From Gammaproteobacteria bacterium GWE2_37_16 (GTDB taxonomy: Bacteria; Pseudomonadota; Gammaproteobacteria; UBA9339), in assembly GCA_001801285.1 (NCBI GenBank), contig MGXG01000005.1, positions 1 to 38,607 of the forward strand: 38,607 nucleotides of DNA, in the 5' to 3' direction. Shown here piece by piece: positions 33,051 to 38,607 of this stretch. Under the pieces are notes generated by a model, which saw only the letters and a list, made by a program, of their open reading frames with translations, was not told the origin of the DNA and did not search any database. Each line of letters starts with the position of its first letter. Position 1 is the first letter of the stretch. Made by a program: the position numbers and the translations under genes.

Positions 33051-34643
33051 TCAACTGTCCACAGGCAAGTCATTCTCAAACAACACCACATCATCTTTTT
33101 GCAAAAATCCTAATAAATGTCTATATGCATCCTGGAAATCTTGTGCAATAAAATAGGCTTGTTCTGAAAAATGTTTTTTCTTCAAGCCTTCTAAAATTGC
33201 TATACTCTGTTTTTTGCCAACTAAAATAGCGTAATCACAAACATCCGCTATATATTCACCAAATTTAGAGTTCAACTCATACTCTTTTTCACCAAGCTCA
33301 ACCATGCCTGGCGTAATGATAATTTTACGTGCTCCAGTCATGCTGGCAAGCACATCCAAAGCAATTTTACTGCCAATCGGGTTCGAGTTAAAAGTGTCAT
33401 CAAGCAAAGTTGCGCCAGGTCCAATTTTACGCAATTCCAAACGATGTTCAACTGGCGACAACTGGCGGATAGGGTAAAGCATATCTTTGAAATCCATTCC
33501 CAATTCTGACGCAACCGCAACTGCAGCTAAAATATTGTAAACATTATGTTTCCCTAATAATTTAGTTTGAAAGGTTGCTGTTTCACCGTTAGCTTTTTTA
33601 ACGATAAAATTACTGCCATCTGCATTAACCTGTATATTGCTGGCTTTATAATCCAAGTTATCTGCATCAACCCCATAATAAATACTTTTTCTCCTGGTTA
33701 ATTTAGCTAAAACGCGGCAGTGTTCGTTATCCATATTAAAAAATGCAGTGCCATCTTCAGGCAAAGCCTCAATCAATTCATTTTTAGTTTGTTTGATATT
33801 TTCCAGACTTTTAAAAGTTTCAAGATGTTGCTCCCCAATCGCTGTAATAATACCAAATTGCGGGTGAACTAAATTACAAAGTTCACGAATATCTCCACTT
33901 TTTTTGGCACTCAATTCCGCAACAAAAATTTCATGTGTTGGCTTAAGTTCTGTTCGGACAATTTTTGCAATCCCCATGGGCGTATTAAAACTGCCTGGTA
34001 ACGATAAAATATTGTATTTATGCCGCAAAATCTCATTCAAAATATGCTTCGTTGAAGTTTTACCAAAACTTCCTGTAATGCCAATAACTTTCAAATTACG
34101 CAACCATTGCAAACGTTTTTTAGCATCATTAAAATAATAAAATGTGATCACTTTTTCCAGTGGTGTAAGAAAATAATTACTAAAAAACAACAACAAACAA
34201 CTAAAGTAACTAAACGTTGCCAATACGATAATACTTAAAAATAAATATATCCTGGGAGTAAACCCAAGCCAAAACCAAATTACAACGTCAATAAAAGCTA
34301 AAAACAATATGCACGTCACGTAAAGCCGAACAGCACGTGGTGTAAAAACTAACGGTTTTTTCTCTTGACCCTGTTCGCGCTTTTTAAACAAAACCACCAG
34401 ATAGGCGGTAAAAAGATATAATAATACTGAAAATTTCGGTAGTAAAAGGGATAGCGGAATCGCAAACAGCGGCAATAAGTTATATTCAGGAAAAACCAAA
34501 GTCCATTTGGCACGCAACCACTGTAAACAACGATCATTGAAGTAAGAATTTAACTGCAAAATATGTAGATCTTTTTTGAGCAACCACGCGGTATAAACAA
34601 AATGGCTAAGCAATACCAATATTATGAAAACTTCATTTAACAT
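33051..34643 (-). CDS. murF: MurF-like Mur ligase (UDP-MurNAc-tripeptide--D-Ala-D-Ala ligase type) with an N-terminal ~170-aa polytopic membrane domain
   Basis: 530 aa. Residues ~1-165 are 4-5 hydrophobic helices. Then the Mur-ligase P-loop GITGSFGKTSTK, SFNTPMG, and DDTFNSNP (compare MurF DDTYNANP). Adjacent to ddl. Confidence 0.65.
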   Translation of the reverse strand: MLNEVFIILVLLSHFVYTAWLLKKDLHILQLNSYFNDRCLQWLRAKWTLVFPEYNLLPLFAIPLSLLLPKFSVLLYLFTAYLVVLFKKREQGQEKKPLVFTPRAVRLYVTCILFLAFIDVVIWFWLGFTPRIYLFLSIIVLATFSYFSCLLLFFSNYFLTPLEKVITFYYFNDAKKRLQWLRNLKVIGITGSFGKTSTKHILNEILRHKYNILSLPGSFNTPMGIAKIVRTELKPTHEIFVAELSAKKSGDIRELCNLVHPQFGIITAIGEQHLETFKSLENIKQTKNELIEALPEDGTAFFNMDNEHCRVLAKLTRRKSIYYGVDADNLDYKASNIQVNADGSNFIVKKANGETATFQTKLLGKHNVYNILAAVAVASELGMDFKDMLYPIRQLSPVEHRLELRKIGPGATLLDDTFNSNPIGSKIALDVLASMTGARKIIITPGMVELGEKEYELNSKFGEYIADVCDYAILVGKKQSIAILEGLKKKHFSEQAYFIAQDFQDAYRHLLGFLQKDDVVLFENDLPVDS

Positions 34644-34882
34644 ATTATTTTAAAAAGACTTATTGTTTTTTAAACTTGACCTGTTACACCGACTTAAAAC
34701 ACAAAGCAAATCAAAGAATGTACCACCAATAATTACCAACTAGCGAATACGTGAGCAATGTAATCCATTTTCACCTGTTTTTCAATAACACGAAAATTTC
34801 CCAAGCCGACTCTTCACCTTGTTTAATTTAACTTCCCGTTAAATTACTGTATTGCATATTTGCGTTTAATACGGTATTTTTT

Positions 34883-34899
34883 GGGGGTGGGTGGGAGGG
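34883..34899 (+). other. canonical G-quadruplex-forming motif G5-T-G3-T-G3-A-G3
   Basis: GGGGGTGGGTGGGAGGG has four G-tracts with 1-nt loops. It sits in an AT-rich divergent spacer, ~145 nt upstream of the NlpC/P60 gene. Confidence 0.6.
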
Positions 34900-34940
34900 A
34901 AGGCTGTTTTCCACGCTGTTTGATCTGTCTATGACTTATA

Positions 34941-35017
34941 CGCAGACTAAAGTCTGCGGCTACGGGTCTGCGGCTACGGATGCGGCTACGGGCCTGCGGC
35001 TACAGATCTGCAGCTAT
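34941..35017 (-). repeat. one full REP followed by four iterated half-REPs
   Basis: CGCAGACTAAAGTCTGCGGCTAC | GG GTCTGCGGCTAC | GGA TGCGGCTAC | GGG CCTGCGGCTAC | AGA TCTGCAGCTAT. Confidence 0.85.
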
Positions 35018-35043
35018 AACAACTAAAAATCTAATATCAAACT

Positions 35044-36390
35044 GTGAAAATATCTCTTAACAAAATAATCGCCATATTCTTCTGCATAATATTGTCAATT
35101 AATCTCACTGGTTGTATTAGCCAAAATGCCTTAAATCGCGAATTAAACAAAGTTCCACAAAATAACTTAGCGTTTGTACAAGAAAATCAGGCTAAACAAA
35201 AACTGATTTCAAATGAAAATGCCGCAAAACTGCGTGTTGATTATTTGAAAAAGTTTTATTTACCCTGGACCGATCCATTCACTTGGCACAGTAAAAGTGC
35301 AATAAAAAATGATTTAATCAAAATTATAAATGCTTTTAAAAGTAATCCTGGTTGGGATGCAAACCAAAACCTACATACCAAATTCTGGGCAGAAAATATT
35401 GAGCTCAATCTTAATTTAGGCAGTTTTCCCAATAAACAACATAAAGCGATTACCGTACGCATAACAGCCTTACGAGTACTGCCAACTGACAGTCCATCTT
35501 TTAGTGATTGGGACACTGCAGGCAAAGGTTATCCTTTTGATAATATGCAAACAGCATATTTAGGCGCTAATATTCCGCTTTATATTTTACATACAACATT
35601 TGATAAGCAATGGGATTTAGTCATTACTCCATATAATTGTTATGGTTGGATAAAAAGTCTTGATCTTGCGACCGTTGATAATGAATTTATCGATACATGG
35701 CGTCAACACCGCTATATCACAGCATTACAAGATGAGAAACCATTACTCGATTTGCAGCAACGCTATCGTACAAGTACTGAAATTGGCGCCATTTTTCCAT
35801 TAATCAAAACTACGCCTCTTTTTTATCATGTTTTAACTGCAATCTGCGATACCCACGGTAAAGCTCAAGCTGTTACAACGAAACTATCAAGAAAAACCGC
35901 CCAAATTTGGCCACTTGAACTTACTCAACAAAACATTGCTTCTCTTGCTAATAATTTCCTTGGTAACCCTTATGGATGGGGTGATTTATACAATTACCGT
36001 GATTGCTCCGAAACAATGCGTTCACTCTTCGCTCCTTTTGCGATTTGGCTACCGCGTAATTCAGAAGCACAAGCAAAAACAGGCAAGTTTATTTCGTTAA
36101 AAAATTTAGATAATGAGCAAAAAAGAAACTTAATTATCAAACTTGGAAAACCGTTTACTACCTTGATCTGGATGCCCGGGCATATCATGCTTTATGTCGG
36201 TGAAAAAAACGACAAAATCTATGCTTTCCATAATCCATGGGGAATACATACCGTCAACTACCTGGGTGGTAAAAGCGGTCGCGCTGTGATAGGTCGCACT
36301 GTCATTACACCACTTGATATTGGGAAAAATTATGCTAATACCGAATGGGTTTATTTAGATCTAGTTGAGGGCATAAGTATTTTGGTGTAG
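35044..36390 (+). CDS. NlpC/P60 (C40) cell-wall peptidase lipoprotein, YkfC-like architecture
   Basis: 448 aa, GTG start. Signal peptide with lipobox LTGC (Cys24). C40 core NPYGWGDLYNYRDCSETM ... PGHIMLYVG ... HNPWG. Confidence 0.85.
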   Translation: MKISLNKIIAIFFCIILSINLTGCISQNALNRELNKVPQNNLAFVQENQAKQKLISNENAAKLRVDYLKKFYLPWTDPFTWHSKSAIKNDLIKIINAFKSNPGWDANQNLHTKFWAENIELNLNLGSFPNKQHKAITVRITALRVLPTDSPSFSDWDTAGKGYPFDNMQTAYLGANIPLYILHTTFDKQWDLVITPYNCYGWIKSLDLATVDNEFIDTWRQHRYITALQDEKPLLDLQQRYRTSTEIGAIFPLIKTTPLFYHVLTAICDTHGKAQAVTTKLSRKTAQIWPLELTQQNIASLANNFLGNPYGWGDLYNYRDCSETMRSLFAPFAIWLPRNSEAQAKTGKFISLKNLDNEQKRNLIIKLGKPFTTLIWMPGHIMLYVGEKNDKIYAFHNPWGIHTVNYLGGKSGRAVIGRTVITPLDIGKNYANTEWVYLDLVEGISILV

Positions 36391-36426
36391 GGGATTATTG
36401 AATAACTCATATTAATAGTGATTTTT

Positions 36427-36493
36427 TAGCCGCAGACTGTAGCCGCAGACTTTAGTCTGCGTTAATATACCGCAGGCTAAAGCCTGCGGCTAC
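36427..36493. repeat. half-REP + REP (36427-36461, +) and inverted REP (36471-36493, -)
   Basis: TAGCCGCAGAC-T-GTAGCCGCAGACTTTAGTCTGCG ... CGCAGGCTAAAGCCTGCGGCTAC. Confidence 0.85.
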
Positions 36494-36567
36494 GTAATCA
36501 TAATTATAACACCCAAAAATTTTGAGATATTACGAAAAACAAAAAATTCCCAAAGAAGCAAGATGGC

Positions 36568-36688
36568 ATCCTTCCCCCGCCCTAGCATCATTTTAAAAAG
36601 AAATTTTTAATTTTACAACACCGTAAAAAATACCGTATTGCGCTCGCAAAATTTGCCGTTTATACTGAATTTAGGGAGGGGGATGGAT
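36568..36688. other. long-range C-tract/G-tract inverted repeat upstream of trmD
   Basis: ATCCTTCCCCCGCCCTA (36568-36584) pairs with TAGGGAGGGGGATGGAT (36672-36688) at 15/17 positions. The loop is ~87 nt. Confidence 0.45.
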
Positions 36689-36760
36689 TCCTGCGACATA
36701 TCATGTCGTTTCATGTCATAATTCCTTTAAAATAAAAACAAGTGTTTTTCAATTTATACA

Positions 36761-37507
36761 ATGAACTTCAATATCATCACCATATTTCCTGAAATGTTCA
36801 CTGCTTTAGCGAGCGGTATTACTGGTCGCGCACAAAAAAAAGATTTGATTAGCGTTAAATGTTGGGACCTACGTGAGTTTAGCGATAGCAAACATCGCCG
36901 CGTCGATGAGCGCCCCTATGGCGGTGGTCCAGGTATGGTAATGACGTATGCGCCGCTTAAAAAAGCTATAACCGCCGTTAAACAAGCTAACTCAACACCA
37001 GCACGGGTCATTCATTTATCTCCACAAGGCAAATCTGTTCAACAGGAAATGCTGCAAAATTTAGTTACAGACAACGAAGTAAAAAATCTGATTTTTCTTA
37101 GCGGGCGTTATGAGGGTATTGATGAGCGTTTAATTGCCGAAGAAGTTGATGAAGAATGGTCAATCGGTGATTATATAATCAGCGGTGGCGAGTTAGCGGC
37201 TATGGTTGTTATCGATGCTATAACGCGTCTTTTGCCAGGCGCGCTTGGCGATCCTGAATCCTCACAACAAGATTCCTTTAGTAGTGCAGGTTTACTTGAT
37301 TATCCACATTACACACGCCCTGAAGATATTAATAATCTGGCAGTGCCAGAAATTTTACTTAGCGGTGATCACGCATCTATCGCACGTTGGCGTTTGAAAC
37401 AATCTTTAGGACGCACCTGGCTACGTCGCCCTGATTTATTGGCACAAAAAAATCTAACTAATGAGGAAGAAAGAATACTGGAAGAATTTATAGCAGAGAT
37501 AAATTAA
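36761..37507 (+). CDS. trmD: tRNA (guanine37-N1)-methyltransferase
   Basis: 248 aa. [36 protein letters not shown]. Confidence 0.96.
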   Translation: MNFNIITIFPEMFTALASGITGRAQKKDLISVKCWDLREFSDSKHRRVDERPYGGGPGMVMTYAPLKKAITAVKQANSTPARVIHLSPQGKSVQQEMLQNLVTDNEVKNLIFLSGRYEGIDERLIAEEVDEEWSIGDYIISGGELAAMVVIDAITRLLPGALGDPESSQQDSFSSAGLLDYPHYTRPEDINNLAVPEILLSGDHASIARWRLKQSLGRTWLRRPDLLAQKNLTNEEERILEEFIAEIN

Positions 37508-37529
37508 CGAGGACATGCAAAACAAATAA

Positions 37530-37552
37530 CTATATAAATCAATATGTTATTT
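37530..37552 (+). promoter_or_regulatory. third copy (23-nt core) of the mraY-start box, in the trmD-rplS spacer
   Basis: CTATATAAATCAATATGTTATTT, oriented toward rplS, ~165 nt upstream of its ATG. Confidence 0.25.
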
Positions 37553-37716
37553 AGAAAAATTGAAATTTCTCTATATTCAACCATTCATACCCAACAATTT
37601 AATTGCAGAAAATCCTTGTATTTAATGAATAATCTAATAAAATCTGTTAAAATTTAACGTTTTAGGATTATCAAAAATCTGAAAATTCACAAAAATTATT
37701 AGAAGTAGAGGTTGAC

Positions 37717-38127
37717 ATGCACCACTTAGTACAACAATTCGAACAAGAACAAATGGTAGGAAAAGTAGTTCCTGATTTTCACATTGGGGATACCGTTGTG
37801 GTTAAAGTCAAAGTAAAAGAAGGTGAACGCGAACGTTTACAGTCCTATGAAGGCGTTGTTATCGCCAAACGTAACCGCGGGATGAATTCCGCTTTTACAG
37901 TACGTAAAATATCGCATAACGAAGGTGTTGAACGTGTTTTTCAGACATACAGCCCACAAATCAGCGACATCGAAATCAAACGTCGCGGTGATGTAAATCG
38001 CGCAAAACTTTACTATTTGCGTGACTTAAAAGGTCGTAAAGCTCGTATTCAAGAAAAAATTGTCGCCAAAAAGGATATTAAGAAAAAGGCAGTAAAAGTA
38101 AAAGAAGAGACTGTTGCAGCTGAATAA
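37717..38127 (+). CDS. rplS: 50S ribosomal protein L19 with Lys-rich C-terminal extension
   Basis: 136 aa. [32 protein letters not shown]...[21 protein letters not shown]. Confidence 0.95.
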   Translation: MHHLVQQFEQEQMVGKVVPDFHIGDTVVVKVKVKEGERERLQSYEGVVIAKRNRGMNSAFTVRKISHNEGVERVFQTYSPQISDIEIKRRGDVNRAKLYYLRDLKGRKARIQEKIVAKKDIKKKAVKVKEETVAAE

Positions 38128-38138
38128 ATCCGTAGGCC

Positions 38139-38161
38139 GTAGCCGCAAGCTTCAGCTTGCG
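38139..38161 (+). repeat. single REP downstream of rplS (possible terminator hairpin)
   Basis: GTAGCCGCAAGCTTCAGCTTGCG. Confidence 0.8.
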
Positions 38162-38184
38162 CATAAGCGGTTACAAAATTAAGA

Positions 38185-38607
38185 TTATTCCATCTCCGTC
38201 GATTCCAAAAAAGTTTCTGCTGATGTTTTGCTGCTTTCTTCCTTGATCAACCAGCGGTTGACCGTGCCTCTATAAATACAAGCATCAACTGTATCAGTAA
38301 TATTTGCTAATACCGCCAAGCCAACACAGATTTGTGCAACAATTAAGTAATCAGCAACATAGGGTATGAATAAACCCAAATCAGTCAAAGCAAAACATAA
38401 TGCTTCCCGTCCCATGCGGTTTTTTCCCGCTAACATTTCAGGATTTGAGACTTTAAAAGTAAAATATCCTTGTGCCGTTAAAACTAAAAGCGCCGTAATA
38501 ATGACAAAAAAACCGGCGGGACCAATGCGCTCAAGATAAGGAGCTAGATTTTTTACCAAAATCATTGATGAGAAATTGGAAGATACTCCAATAATAGCCA
38601 CCAAGTT
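38185..38607 (-). CDS. hypothetical membrane protein, C-terminal part (gene starts beyond the right window edge)
   Basis: The frame is open to the last base of the window, and the track start is a TTG. Hydrophobic segments are followed by an acidic tail ...KEESSKTSAETFLESTEME. No family recognised. Confidence 0.5.
   Translation of the reverse strand, partial: NLVAIIGVSSNFSSMILVKNLAPYLERIGPAGFFVIITALLVLTAQGYFTFKVSNPEMLAGKNRMGREALCFALTDLGLFIPYVADYLIVAQICVGLAVLANITDTVDACIYRGTVNRWLIKEESSKTSAETFLESTEME

Noticed and set aside
1-38607. tRNA, rRNA, tmRNA, RNase P, SRP RNA, transposase or integrase genes
   Set aside because: I scanned for their conserved cores (T-loop GTTCGAAT-type, RNase P GAGGAAAGTCC, SRP GGAAG-type) and for transposase-like ORFs. 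None were seen.

Overview
This is a 38.6-kb chromosomal segment of an AT-rich Gram-negative bacterium. LpxH and ribF-ileS-lspA synteny point to Gammaproteobacteria, possibly Legionellales/Coxiellales-like, but I cannot assign it without a database search. The backbone is housekeeping: a truncated dcw block (mraY-murD-ftsW), lspA, ileS, ribF, lpxH, cysS, cvpA, tsaD, recJ, ddl, a membrane-anchored MurF-like ligase, an NlpC/P60 lipoprotein, trmD and rplS. There are also partial ORFs at both window edges, and the left one is missing from the ORF track. The accessory content falls into four groups. (1) A ~12-kb Type I R-M-based defence island lies at 16.2-28.2 kb on the minus strand. Its order is hsdM-rhuM-hsdS-rloC-[344-nt GC-rich nested inverted repeat]-AAA ATPase-rloB-hsdR. 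HsdS carries an N-terminal MNT-type nucleotidyltransferase domain, hsdR has one in-frame TAA, and rloB is frameshifted in an A8 tract. (2) Two type II toxin-antitoxin pairs and a decayed higA are wedged into the ribF-ileS-lspA operon. (3) A GTAG-headed REP/REPIN family with compensatory stem variants occupies almost every intergenic spacer, including a 4 x 33-bp tandem array and arrays of iterated half-REPs. (4) There are unusual G/C-tract motifs, a 28-nt box repeated at the mraY start, and a second small GC-rich nested-helix element downstream of ftsW. I saw no rRNA, tRNA, CRISPR array, transposase or integrase. The best candidates for something undescribed are the MNT::HsdS fusion sitting 13 nt upstream of the RloC (HEPN-class) anticodon nuclease, and the large structured non-coding element in the middle of the island. 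All family calls come from motif recognition by eye, not from searches.
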